This document shows, piece by piece, positions 38,181-52,701 of a stretch of 64,000 nt of DNA. The notes beneath the pieces are model-generated. The model was given only the letters and a program-made list of their open reading frames with translations. It searched no databases and was not told where the DNA came from. Made by a program: the position numbers and the translations under genes. Source of the DNA: Eledone cirrhosa (lineage: Eukaryota); NCBI GenBank assembly GCA_964016885.1, contig OZ024746.1, forward strand, positions 77,686,001-77,750,000, given 5' to 3'. How positions within the stretch are numbered: position 1 is the stretch's first letter; each line of letters starts with the position of its first letter.

Positions 38181-41100
38181 CCACTGCCTAACTCCTTTAA
38201 GATAATAAATGACTTTAACTCTTTTGTTACCAGTTTGCCCCAAACCCCCTCTGGTATTATGATACAAAACACCCATTTTAAAGTGTCACTATTTAAGGAG
38301 CCTGGCTTAGTGGTTTGTGAGGTTCTGAGTTTGATTCCCAGATTGGGCAATATGTTATGTCCTTGAGCAAGACACTTTATTTCACATTGTTCCTTCTGCC
38401 AGGAGTTGTGACTTTTAGATAGCATTAGCAATTGGTAAGACCAAGGAATTGTTTCTTGGTAAGTGACTGAAGTCTGGGATTTTGTCAATTCGGATCAATT
38501 TCGAAATTTAAATTATGTTAGAAATACCATCCTAATAATGAAATAATCAATTTTAGTTAATCCCTCAAAATTTTTCATTAATTAAATGAAACAGGTTAAT
38601 TCTTTAGAAATGGAGCCACAAAAGAGTTAAGACATTTGTCTTTGTATTATTCTATAACATGTTTCAGCCACGAGGCTGAGGCTATGCTGAAGCACCGCCA
38701 TTATGTATGGTGTATTTCCCTATAGTGCCCACATATTAAAAATATACTACATTATATGGTAACATTCCACATATACTCTGGCCTAGTGATTAGGCTGTTG
38801 GACTCACAATCATAGGTTGTGGGTTCAATCCCTGGACTTGGTTGGAGGTATGCAAGACATTCCATTTGACGCTACTTTTCATGATAGGATTGTGGGGCCA
38901 CCTTTTCTTAAAACACCTGGGAGGCTAGCTATATCTACATAGGTATGAACTGTAAATGTTTTTCATTTATATGGTAACTTCTTTCTTTGTTTTTGTTTTT
39001 CTAATTTATATTTTGCAGTTTTTAAAAGACTCGTCTTCAGTTTTAATTCCACCCCCATCTCACTTTCTCTCACTCCTTCTCCTGTCCCTCTCATTAAAAA
39101 TTTATAAAAAATATGCAAAAGCACAAATATAATTGGCTATAGTAATTGTGTGTGTATATATATGTTTGTGTGTGTGTGTGAATGCATATATGTATATGTA
39201 TAATTTGTATATATGTGTGTACATGTGTATAATGTTCATGTATGTATGTGTGTGTATGTGTACAATATGCATGTGTGTGTATATATGTATGTGTGTGTTT
39301 ATAATATGTATGTATATCTGTGTTGTTATATGTATTTGAGCGTGTATATATGTATATATATATATATATAATTTTATTTTTCTCCCTACCTGTGTCTTAA
39401 TTAAATTCATTATCTCGTAATGCTTACTGAATGAGTGAAACATATTTCCCTCCAAGCAGTTGTCTTATCAACAGAGAATACTGTCTAATTACACAACTAC
39501 CTCATTGAACACAAGCAATTTAGAAAATGATTTGTCAGTCATATCAGTCCACAATTTATTCTTCTCTCTCCTTTTTCTTTGCTCTTTTCCATGTTGTTTG
39601 TTTTTTCTTCTGCTCCTTCCTCTTTTTCTTCTCCCCATCTTCTCTTTACCTTTTTTGTAAATAGATGAAAGCTACTAAGAAGACACTTTTTGACACAATT
39701 TTATGTAAGAGCATTTGTTAAGTTATGTCCCGAAGTCAAGTTTAATGTATTGTTAAGTCTCTTGAAATTCTTGATTATTTTGTAATTTATTTTAAAATCA
39801 CAGGCAGTGTTTTTCAGTTAGAAATATGGAAACAAAAAGGTTAAATTTAACTCCTCTCATTCGACTAGTTTGTCTGTCTCTCTCTTTTAATCTCAGCAGA
39901 ATCATTAGATCATAGGACAAAAATGTCTTGCAGTCTTTGTTCCGACCGAGTCAACTTTGCTTTTCATCCTTTCAGTATTGATAAAACAAAGTAGCTGCCT
40001 GGTTCTGTCCAGGGCTGTGGTTTCGTGGACTTGTTAGAGCATCGACCAAGATGCCTTTTTTTGGTGTTTCAATCTCACTGTGGCTTAATGCCCCTCTCTC
40101 TATCTCTCTCTCTCTCTATCACTCTCCTCTCTCTGTGTGATGGGAGTAGGCTCAATCTTGTGGCCAGTTTAACAATATCACCACTTGGTAATTGATTGCT
40201 TTTAGTAAAGTTTACCATGTTGCAATCATTCTGACCAGGTTTCCAGTTTGAAGATTACGTCCTGCCTTCCTTCTTTGCTCTTTGTCAGTAGTCATGGAGG
40301 CTTTAAAAAGGTTATAGCTGGTTTGAACAGGAAGAGCTAAGAATTCTGGCCGGATATGGCTAGTTTAAATGCTAAAGAGTTAAGTTATGTTCCCAAAACA
40401 AGCTTAACAATGAGAAAGTTAGTTATTTTACTAAATCCCTCAAAATGATTTTATTATTCTAAAAGTTATTTTAAAAAAAAGTGAAGGTGCATAGTTTAGT
40501 GAGTAAAGAATTGGATTTACAATCAAGAGGTTGTGAGTTCAATTCCCAGATTGGGTGATGTTTTATATCCTTTATTTCACATTGCTCTCCCTGTCAGGTG
40601 TTGCGACCAGTAGTTAGTATCAGAAATGGAAAGACCAATGGAAACATTGTTTCCTTGTTCCAATATGACATGTTCCAACCCACTCAGTAAGTGAATGAGG
40701 TCTGGGATCTAGTCAATAAATTCAATTGATCAGTTTTCAAAATTGATTGAACATAACAGGCATTGTCTTTCAGTTAGAAATATGGCAATGGAAGGGTTAA
40801 CTATTTAGTTATATCATCCCAGTTAAAACACAGCCTTAGTTCAGTGAAACCAAGCCATTTGTTTTATAGGGTTCATATTTACATTAAAATTTTTCAGCTT
40901 ATTGTTTTTTATATATGCACCTTATCTTAGTAATGAAATCATAAATAATTTTAGTAAATCCCTTTGGTAACCTGCACCACCTTAGTTAGTTGCAACTCCT
41001 TTAGCCTTGAAGCAGTTTCCAAGAAAATGAAGCTATTGAATATATATTGTACCAGACCTAAGAAAAGGAAATTGTCACCACAGCCATGGAGGTGGTGGTG

Positions 41101-41214
41101 GTGGTGGTGGTGGTGTTGACAATTTCCTTTTTTGTATGGCTGGTACAATAAATATTCCATAGCTTCATTTGTGGTAGTTATCATCACCATCATCATCATT
41201 ATTATTAAGGGTGA

Positions 41215-41620
41215 TGAAATGGCAGTGTCAGTAGAGTGTTGGACAAAATGCAAATGCAGTATTGAATTATGACTTTCTATATTCTGTGTTCTGGGTTCAA
41301 ATATTATTCAAGGTCAACTTTGCCTTTCATCCTTCTGGGGTTGATAAAATAAAACAACAGTTAAGTACAACTTCCCCTTCTCCCCCCCCCCCCCCCCCCC
41401 AATTGCTGACCTTGTGCCAATGTTATAAAGAAATCCTCCTCCTCATCGGTAGAGAGTCGGACGCCATACTTTGCAGCATAGAGTTAAGGCCCTTTACAGT
41501 CTGATTTCAAATCCTGCTGAGGTTAACTTTGCCTTCCATCCTTATGGAGTCAATAAAACAAATACCAGTAATGCACTGGGGGTATTTGCTGGCCTTGTGC
41601 CAAAAATAGAAACAATTATT
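41215..41620 (+). mobile_element. Two tandem SINE family D copies
   Basis: Two successive heads and central TTCATCCTT..GATAAAA domains. Confidence 0.7.
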
Positions 41621-41967
41621 TTCGTTGTTGTTGTTATCCTCTATAATACTCTTTTACTCTTTTACCTGTTCCAGCCATTCGGCTGAGGCCATGCTGGGGC
41701 ACTGCTAATAATGTGTATAATTATATTTCTCTCTCATCATAGTTTTTATGTCAACCTTCTATACTTTATGTAACCTGTCTTTGTAATGTCACCCTCATTC
41801 GGTATCCTTGTGGCACATAAAAGAAATCATTATTGTTGTTGTTGCTTTGCTTAATACAATGTTGATACATTGGAAATTATTTCTCTCCTTTCTTTCTTTT
41901 TCTATTAATTTCATATTTTCATTCCATGCATATTGCTTTATGCAATTTCATTTCCTTATCATCATCA

Positions 41968-42005
<38 letters not shown>

Positions 42006-42022
42006 GTTGTTGTTATCATTCT

Positions 42023-42060
<38 letters not shown>

Positions 42061-42193
42061 ACTGCCTCTCTTTTCCTTTTTTCTTTCCGTCAGTCGATTT
42101 GGTTGTATTTTTCATTCATCTTCAAAAAAGAAAACCTGTACATAATTCTTATTTATTTTTCTTTTTAACTTTGTCAACTGTGTTTCATATTCC

Positions 42194-42237
<44 letters not shown>

Positions 42238-42414
42238 TTACATTCTTCCCAATTATTTTTCCGGTTATTTTTTTTTTTTTTTGTGTGTTCTTTATTACAT
42301 TTTCATCATGGCTTTAGATATTGTCAATTGAAAGGAAAAGTAAATTTTTTATTTATTCATTTTTTTTTTTTGTTTTGCTTTTTTCCTTTTGTCTTTATGT
42401 ATTGCATTCTTTGG

Positions 42415-42467
<53 letters not shown>

Positions 42468-42917
42468 GGTGCTGTACTTGCACCTTGTAGTCTGAAACTC
42501 TGCTGGAGAAAATGGCAGAGACAGTTGAGGTAATCAAATGGAATTTTCTCTCTATCTGCTCTGGGAATATTTCTTCCTCTCCTTCTTTGTCATCATCATC
42601 ATCATCATCATCTTCTTCTTCTCCACCCTTCTCAAAGTAATATTTGTAAAAACGAGACCAACAGAAATTGAATGCATGTCTTGTTTGATAGTAGTAGTAG
42701 TTCCACTGTTAAAAACATGTATAGTAAATGGTAATTTTTGTTCAATATACACTGCAGCAGACAAGATGGAATATATAAGAATTTTGATAAATGTTTGAAA
42801 AATTTATTCATTATTGATATATTCCTCAGTCACTTATTTTTTGTTGTCTACTTTTATTTTTATTATTATCATTATTCATGCATTTATGGTGAGGCATAAA
42901 TAAATATTCCCTTCTTT

Positions 42918-43436
42918 TAACCCTTTCCTTAGTATATTTCTGACAAATAATTTTGAAAATAATTAAGAATTTGGAGAGATTGAGTAAAATAACTAATCTC
43001 ATTATTAAGTTGTTCTTTGAAGCGTAACTTAACAAACGCTCGCACATAAAATTACCTTCTTATTATTAAGTTGGTCTTTGGAGCATAAATTAACAGCAGT
43101 TCTTACATAAAATTTTGGTGGAAAGTAAATATAAACACTTTAACACTTTGAAGCATTTAAACTGGCCATATTCAGCCAGAATTCCCTCACCTGTTTCTGT
43201 TCAAACCAGCCATAACTGGCCACTTGTACTGATGTTAAGGTGTTGTTCTCCAAATAAATAACATCAAAATCTCATAGATTCGATATAATGTGAGATAATT
43301 ATGTAAGATAAAGCCTTTACTGTGAACACAATAGTATATATATAGAGAGTAATGTAAATGTTAAAGGGTTAAAACAAATAATTCTGTATCATAAAACCAT
43401 GAGTGGTTTTGGGTGGTTTGGTATCAAAAGGGTTAA
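42918..43436 (-). mobile_element. MITE family B containing nested MITE family A (43140-43372)
   Basis: Outer ends TTAACCCTTTC / GTATCAAAAGGGTTAA; inner element TTAACACTTTGAAGCATTTA ... AAATGTTAAAGGGTTAA. Confidence 0.75.
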
Positions 43437-43639
43437 GTCTTATGGCTAACCAGTTTAGAAGTGTATTTCCCAGTTCAAACATGTGGTATTTGTTCCAACT
43501 CTCTCTTCTCTGAATACACATCCTGTTGAAGTCAATTTTCCCTTTTGCTCTTTCTGATAAAATAAGTATTAGTCCAAGGTAGTGAATTAACAGAATCAGG
43601 CATGAGGCCCTGCAGTATTTGTTTTGGCCCTTTGACAAT

Positions 43640-43812
43640 ATTACTCTATATATATTACTTATTTCACATAATTATCTCATAATATCGAATCTATGAGATT
43701 TTGATATTATTTTGAGAACAATACCATAACATCTGTATGAGCAGCTGGTTTGAACAGAAATAGGTGAGAGAAATCTGGCTGGATATGGTTGGTTTGAATG
43801 CTAAAGGGTTAA
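43640..43812 (-). mobile_element. MITE family A (partial, inverted relative to the 43140 copy)
   Basis: Reverse complement of the family A body, ending TGAATGCTAAAGGGTTAA. Confidence 0.75.
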
Positions 43813-44924
43813 GCTCAAATCCTGCCATGCCTTACTTGAATGGTAGACTTAATCAGTCATCAGGCTTAACACCACTACCACCTGGCCCTTGGGTGCCTTT
43901 TACCAAAGCCATTCTGATGTAGCATCCAGACCAGATATTCAATTTCAGGATACTTCCCCCCTCGCTTTCACCAGAGTCTAAAGTCTTCATAAGTGTCATA
44001 GGCATTGATCTTCAATCCCTGACTAGGCTGTAAAAGAAAAGAAAACTGCTTGTTATCACCCCTTCACTCTGTTTGAGAATAATCTGGGGAAAGTTACCTC
44101 TAGCAATACAATGTCTACTAAAATTTACAAAATCATTTAGTAGACTGATTGTGAGGTTAAGGACAGTAAGTCCAGTATTTTTACGTCATAAACATTCTAC
44201 TATAATAAAATAGACCCAGTCAATTCTGTATGGTGATAGAGCTGTTGAAATCATCTGTAGTTCTATACATTCTACTGGCCATGTAATTTAAATCATAACG
44301 AAACTGAAACAAGATTGGTTGACTTATAAAATTAAAAAATATATTGACCACAATGCAGATAACTATAATAATAGTCTCTAGGTGTAATTTACCAGATGTA
44401 TTTAACTATTGTCAATAGTTATAACCTATTTTGTAGTTAACTGGTGACTATATTTTCAATTAACAATTTATTTGTACTTCTAGTTTAATGTGGTGTTAGT
44501 GTTAGGACATTATGTAATGGTTTAGTATTTCAGCTGATGACATAACTGTACAATTGAATATTTGCCTTGATATTCTTTTACTAGAAGGCAGCAAGTTGGC
44601 AGAGTCATTAAAATGTTAGATAGAATACTTCGCAAATTCGTTTGGGATCTCTGAGCTCTGAGTTCAAATCCTACCATGCTTAGCTTTGTCTTTTTATCCT
44701 TTCAAGGTCAATAAATAAAATACTATTTGAATATTGGAATCAATTCTTCTTCTACATCTTTTTCTTACTTCTCAGTTGTTTTCTCTTTTGTTCCCATCTG
44801 GAGAGGGTTAGGCTATACCAGGTTTAAATGCCCAAAACACACGTCACAATGGCACCCCTACAGCACCATCAAGATTTAAGACACCCTGGATGGATTAATG
44901 GATTATAACACGATCATCATCATC

Positions 44925-44976
<52 letters not shown>

Positions 44977-46533
44977 CCATCATCATGATCACTATCATTA
45001 CCATCATCATCATCATTACCATCACCATCATTATCATCATCATCATCATGATAAGCACCAGTTTTCTCTGCTAACATTTGTATTTCCAGTCTAGTATGAT
45101 TTTGATGGGAGTATATTATGTAGTGGTTTAGGATTTCAGCTAATGGCATGACTGTATAATTGAATATTTGCATTAGTATTCTCTTCTGATAGCAATTTAA
45201 ACGTTAGGTCAGTAATTATAAAATTTTGTTGCCACTATAAATGCTCCACACTATGATTGTGTTTATTCTTTTAACTCTTGCGATAATTAAAAACAAATGA
45301 GCCTCCGAAACAAATAAACCCAAATGATTAATAATTCTTCGCTATTTATCTTAGTGAATAAATAAATGATTCACTGTAGTATTGTTGTAATTAACAATCT
45401 TGTTATATGATACACTTAATTCGCCAATAATCACATTAGTCAATCTATCTTGGCTTCTTATTCCTTCAACTCATCATTGGTGTTAGTTCTAAAAGCTCTA
45501 TCATCAGAAAGCATGCTGCAGTAGTCTTAATGCTAATTGTTCAGACTGTTAATTAGTACAAAAGTATTTGGCTTCATTTTCATTTCACTCTTTCTTGGCA
45601 GATTATTATTCATTAAACTTTACACAGATCTTTTCTTCTTTAAATGCAGGTAAACCAGGTACCCTCATTTGCTTTTGAACCTCGTACACATTGTAAATTA
45701 TTTAATATTTGAGTGGGATTTCATTTTCATTTTGATTGATGTTTGTTTCGTTATATATAACTAACCTCATTAAGAACGATGAGAAACAATATTATCAACC
45801 CATTTTAATTAAAATGAAGGCATTGGAAAATTAAAAAAAAAAATTTTTTTCTCTTTTAATATTTCTTAAGACCACAATCACTATAACTATCAAATGGGGA
45901 GACACATGAACAAATAGTGAGGATGTTAGACTCAAAATCCCAAAGTTGTGGATTCAATTCTTTGATAGGGTGGTGCATTGTGTTCTTGATGAAGTTGTTT
46001 TGTTTCATGTTGCTTTTTTGTAGTAGGATTAAAGTCTTTATCATTAAAATACCCAAGGAACCTCTTACAAGATACCACTTTGTAGGAGGCCAGCTAAATA
46101 TACACTGGTGTGAGCTATAAATTTCCCTTCATTTTCATTCATTATAACCATTTAAAAATATACTTCTTTTAAATTTTATTTCACATATCATTTCTTTCTT
46201 CTCCTAATCTAGTGTCTTTCTGAAGCAAGTGAAAGTTAGTGACTAGTCTCTTATAGTTAATCTGCTTCTGCTTTCACTGTCATAGTGCCAGATTTTAGGC
46301 CATTTCTTCAGGATGTCTCACACAATGATCTGCTGTTAACAACCTTTTCTGTTAACTTTGGCAGACATGGTTTATCTGTTCATGCATTGACAGCCATTGT
46401 ACCAGAATTTGTGTCTATTTCTTCAGAATGTCCCAGATAGCGATATGCCAATTGCAATATTTGCTGAGCTACAGTTTCAGTTAACTTTGGCAGACGATCA
46501 TAAAGTTGTGACTTTTTCAAATGATGCTAAGAA

Positions 46534-46656
46534 CCATCCACCATAACATGTGGGAGTGTATACCATCTACCATAACATGTGGGAGTGTATACCATCTACC
46601 ATAACATGTGGGAGTGTATACCATCTACCATAACATGTGGGAGTGTATACCATCTA
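46534..46656. repeat. 29-bp tandem repeat x4
   Basis: CCATCTACCATAACATGTGGGAGTGTATA. Confidence 0.95.
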
Positions 46657-46769
46657 GCTGGTTTTCAGACTTCTGTATAAGTGTCTCACAAACATATAAC
46701 AAGACAGATTCAATTATAGATAAATAATAATAACAAATAAAAAAAATGTTTATTTGATTACTGTGGTTA

Positions 46770-47092
46770 ATAATTGTTTCTACTTTTAGCACAAGGCCAG
46801 CAATTACTCCAGTGCATTACTGGTACTTTATTTTATCGACCCCGTAAGGATGCAAGACAAAGTTAACCTTGGCGGGATTTGAACTCAGATCATGAAGGGA
46901 CGTAACTGTGCTGGAAAGCATGGCATCCGACCCTCTACCGATACTGCCAATCCATCGCCCTTCACTATGGTTAATAATTGTTTCTACTTTAGGCACAAGG
47001 CCAGCAATTACCCAGTGCATTACTGGTACTTTATTTTATCGACCCCGTAAGGATGAAAGGCAAAGTTAACCTCGGTGGGATTTGAACTCAGA
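46770..47092 (-). mobile_element. Tandem pair of SINE family D
   Basis: Two near-identical minus-strand copies (46770-46960 full-length, 46975-47092 5'-truncated), with TGGTTAATAAT at the junctions. Confidence 0.85.
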
Positions 47093-47444
47093 ATTAACTA
47101 TGGTTAATAATGAATTAAAATATGTATTGAATCTTGAATCAGACATATGCCTATGTCTATGTGTTTATAAATATAGGCAGCTGGTTAAGAATTACAGTAT
47201 GTAGTTGTGTGGTTTGGTTCTTCGACTATTGTCTCAGTTTCACTAAATCTTTGCGAGTGAGATTTCTTTCTCCTCCACATCAGACACATCCACCATATAC
47301 ACTGGACTCACCAACTCGGATGATACTGAATATATATACCCACACCTTCTCTCTCTACACACACACTACATATAGCCACACAATACAACTCTGTGGACTG
47401 ATTGCTCTACTCACTACAGATATAAACTCCTGGTTTTTTAACAC

Positions 47445-47477
<33 letters not shown>

Positions 47478-48034
47478 ATATATATATATATTCCATCCAA
47501 TGAACGGAATGTCTAGTTTCCTGAAACCTTTGGTAATGGAATAATTATATTGTGTAGTTTATTATGTAATTAAATAGGTATGTACTATACATAGAGCACT
47601 CTACTTGTCTACTGATTCTAAGGAACTTAACACATATATACATATATATATATATGTGTGTGTGTCTATGTTGTGTCACTGTCTCATAACTTAGCAGTTC
47701 AACAAATAGAGATCGGTAAAGTATGTGCCAAACTTAAAATAAGTGCTGGAATCAATATAATCAACTAAAACTGGTGAATGAATGGAAAAATATATACAAT
47801 GATGCAATATATATAATATTCAATATATTTCATATATTCTTTCTCTCTCTACACACGCATGTGTGTGTGTGTGTGTGTATACACATAAATTTGATTCTTT
47901 GTTATCATATTGTGTACACATAAAACGAAATGTAGATTGCAGGTTAAGTTGTTGGAACGACAATAATAGGATCATATTAAATATAATATCAGGGCGTCTC
48001 TGAATATATATATATATATGAAAAAAATAAGCTG

Positions 48035-48092
<58 letters not shown>

Positions 48093-48505
48093 TAATACAC
48101 ATAAGTGTGTGTTTGTGTGTGTGCTCTGCATATATGTGAACATTTGTGGGTATACGTGTGTACATGTCTTATTCTTTATTTAATTGAGTTTCATTCGACA
48201 CAATAAGATCTGGTCTCAACAGTCAAATTTCACATGCCATTATTTTGACAAAGACTTGAGATATTTGGTAAAGTTTTGCATATTTCCATTGTGTCATTCA
48301 TAGATTGATTCCGCTAGAATTTCGTTCAGATGTTTGTGTATCATTCATTCTTGGCACAAAAACACACAACAAAAACAACTTTTATTTGGGTTTCTGTATA
48401 AATATTTGGTTACATAGCCAATTATTTACTCAGCAGCAACCTTTGTTTAGGTGTGTAAATATATGTGTGTGTATATATATATGTGTGTGTGTGTATATAT
48501 ATATT

Positions 48506-48555
<50 letters not shown>

Positions 48556-48668
48556 CACACACACACACACCTTATATACATATATATATATATATATCAT
48601 TATCCTCATCATCATTATTTAACGTCTATCTTCCATGCTACCATATCTATCTATATCTCTCTCTCTCT

Positions 48669-48752
<84 letters not shown>

Positions 48753-49383
48753 CAACATACACAAACTCTAGCTACTATTTATGATTCTGCACACATAAAT
48801 ATATATATTTCCAGGTACACATGTGTGTGTATCTATACCTTCATAGTCAAGTGAGCATATATTTTTACATGTGTGTGAGCATGCATTCATTTGATTCTGT
48901 GAATGTATGTGTGCCCCCCCCCCCCCCATAAATTTATGTATACATGTTTGTTTTATTGCATGTTTGTGTATTTCTATCTGTGTGTGTGTGTGTGTGAAAG
49001 TTAAGGTTGTATATGGGGTGGTTGGGAGGCTTGTATGCAGGTTGTGTATTATTTGTTATTGATCCGTGTGATAAAACAGACCCTGTCACATGTGGTGAAA
49101 CTTGTATCTACATTTAACTTGACATAACAACAACAACAACAACAACAACAACAAAGCTGACTTTTCTCTGTCAGCTATTACAAAGCCTGGTTGGAATATA
49201 TATATATATATATACACACATAGATACACATACATGTGTGTGTGTATGTATTCATATGTATATGTATGTGTGTATGTGTATATATATGTGTGTGTTTCTG
49301 TATGTATGTGTGTCTGTGTGTGTATATATATGTGTGTGTTGTGTGTGTGTGTATATATGTATTCATATGTATGTGTGTATGTG

Positions 49384-49414
<31 letters not shown>

Positions 49415-49445
49415 TTCTGTATGTATGTGTGTCTGTGTGTGTATA

Positions 49446-49489
<44 letters not shown>

Positions 49490-49511
49490 TTCATATGTAT
49501 GTGTGTATGTG

Positions 49512-49546
<35 letters not shown>

Positions 49547-49659
49547 TTCTGTATGTATGTGTGTCTGTGTGTGGTGTATATATATATATGTGTGTGTTGT
49601 GTGTGTGTCTGTGTGCGTATATATATATAAATACATATACAGTATATATATATAGAGAG

Positions 49660-49705
49660 AGTAGTAGTAGATGTTAAACGATGATGGTGATGTGTTGTGT
49701 GTGTC

Positions 49706-49770
<65 letters not shown>

Positions 49771-49804
49771 TAATAGTAGATGTTAAACGATGATGGTGTT
49801 GTGT

Positions 49805-49889
<85 letters not shown>

Positions 49890-49921
49890 ATAGTAGATGT
49901 TAAACGATGATGGTGATGTGT

Positions 49922-49976
<55 letters not shown>

Positions 49977-50012
49977 TAATAGTAGATGTTAAACGATGAT
50001 GGTGATGGTGAT
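49660..50012. repeat. Higher-order compound microsatellite repeat x4
   Basis: Unit = GTAATAGTAGATGTTAAACGATGATGGTG + (TG)n(TA)n(GA)n. Confidence 0.88.
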
Positions 50013-50240
50013 GAATGCTTGTTTGATCAAGTCATTGAATAATAGAGAACTGTGTTTGATAAGTTAGCAAACAACATTGAGACCTCTGAAAGCTGCGAAC
50101 AAGCTATCTCTGGTTGCAGTGGGGCCAATGATTCACTACAGATGCTGTTTGTTTGCCTGCTACGATTGGATTGTGCAAATGTTTGCACTCAGCTGTGTGG
50201 ATCAAGTGCTAGCCGTTGGTCATACATATGCTGTTTACTA

Positions 50241-50276
<36 letters not shown>

Positions 50277-50980
50277 TCAAGTACCATTGCCATCGCTACC
50301 ATACACCCATTACCAAGACCATCATGGCACCATCACCATCATGCTACGTCTACCATCCCATACGAACACCATCACCATCACGATCATCATATTATGGCTG
50401 CCATCACCATCACCATCACCATACCAACAACACTGCCCTGACCGTCGTCACCACCACCACAATAGCCCCTTACCGTACTCCCAACACCACCACCACTACC
50501 ACCACCACCACTACCACCACCACCATCAACACCACTATCGCACCCTCACCAACACTATCGCCACCAAAACACCCCTTTTACAACACTCCCACCATCACCA
50601 CCACCACAGCTGTACCCCTCCACCACACCCTCACCATCGCCATTACACTACCTCCGCCACAACACTCCCACTGCCACCCCCCATCCCCACCGCCCTCAAT
50701 ACCACCACCACCACCACCACCACCACCACCACCACCACCAAGATCAGGATCACTAATATTTGTGATGTGATGTGGGGCTGTTTTGCTTTGTTAGTTTCCA
50801 CATTGCTTGCAATCAGCTAGTTTGATGACAAAACAGCCCTTCTAGAGCACTTATTTCAATGTAAACAAAGATATAGAGCTCTTTCTCCAACACCCCCACC
50901 TCTTGCTAGCAAGGAAAGTGGCCTTTAAATGATACACACACACATTTATATATACATATATATATATATGTATATATAAA

Positions 50981-51019
<39 letters not shown>

Positions 51020-51053
51020 GCTATCTTCCATGCTAGCATGGGTTTAGACGATA

Positions 51054-51086
<33 letters not shown>

Positions 51087-51147
51087 CAAATGTTTGTTTG
51101 TGTGTGTGTATATATATCAAAAGTGTGTGTGTGTGTATATATCAAAA

Positions 51148-51180
<33 letters not shown>

Positions 51181-51234
51181 CCAAAAGTGTGTGTGTGTAT
51201 ATATCAAAAGTGTGTGTGTATATATATATCAAAA

Positions 51235-51291
<57 letters not shown>

Positions 51292-51461
51292 TGTATATAT
51301 GTATATCATCATCATCATCATCATCGTTTAACGTCTATCTTCCACACTAGCATGGGTTAGATAATTATATATATATATATATTTATGTATGTGTGTGTAT
51401 ATATGTATGTGTATGTGTGTGTGTGTGTGTGTGTATGTGTGTGCGTGTGTGTACATACATG

Positions 51462-51640
51462 CAGTATCGGCAGAGGGTCGGACGCCATGCTTTGACGTAT
51501 AGAGTTACGTCCCTTTACGGACTGAGTTTAAATGCCGTCGAGGTCAACTATGCCTTTCATCCTTACGGGGTCGATAAAATAAAGTACCAGTAATTTACTG
51601 AGTAATTGCTGGCCTTGTGCCTAAAATAGAAACAATTATT
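51462..51640 (+). mobile_element. SINE family D
   Basis: Same head, central domain and tail as 32720. Confidence 0.85.
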
Positions 51641-51918
51641 ATTATTATCATCATTGGTGTGTGTCTTTGCTCTCACCTTTGTTAGCAATTCACACCTAAG
51701 TGATTAGGAATGTTGGATACATGAACAGTGAATGTATGGACATATCTACCTACATTTGTATGATATCTATAAGAGTTGTGTGTACACCTGTGTATATATG
51801 TGTGTATGCATGTGTGTGTTTATATATATATATGTGCGTGTGTGTTTGTGTATATATGTGTGTGTATATATATATATATCTGTGGGTGTGTATACCTGTG
51901 TATATATGTGTGTGTGTT

Positions 51919-51979
<61 letters not shown>

Positions 51980-52666
51980 GTGTGTGTATATATATATATC
52001 TGTATGTGTGTGTGTGTATATATATATCTGTGTGTGTGTATGTGTATATATATATCTGTGTGTGTGTATATATATATATCTGTGTATACATCCATCATCA
52101 TCAGAGGCACAATATGTTGCCAGATGCAACTCACCCTCTTCAAGTTCACCTCCATCACCTGAAGCCTGTCCCCCCATGGTGGGATGACTCCCTCCATTGG
52201 CAAGAAACCTGTAAACCTCTTTGTAAACCTCTCTTCTCATCTCACATCTGTCATGTCACCTATATACATATATTTATTTATATATATATATACATATACA
52301 TATATATGTATATATTTATATATATATGTGTGTATATATTTATATATATATGTGTGTATATATTTATATATATATGTGTGTATATATTTATATATATATT
52401 TATATATATATATATATTATACATACATATATATATATACATACATACACACACAGACACACATATACCCATTCACAGAGTGAATGCAAAGTGTAGGATG
52501 TGTATATTGTCATCATTCAGTTCCAACATTTACTTTCCAAACATGTCTTAAGCTCTTATCATTCTGTAGCACTCCCTCCTCCCCACCCCACCTTCTCCTT
52601 CTGATGATCCTTGTCCTCTTCCATCCACTCCTTTCTAGTCATTATCATCATCTCTGTGGTCATTGC

Positions 52667-52701
<35 letters not shown>

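Noticed and set aside
45480-45512. Hammerhead core on the minus strand (CUGAUGA)
   Set aside because: Followed by GAAC rather than GAAA, with no credible stems I and III.
46280-46480. Possible exon
   Set aside because: The minus strand contains decayed LINE-like DHCVRHPEEMA*NLAL with stops; likely an old retroelement scrap, too weak to annotate.
50052-50820. His/Thr/Pro-rich ORFs
   Set aside because: Products of (CAC/CAT/TAC)n low-complexity sequence.
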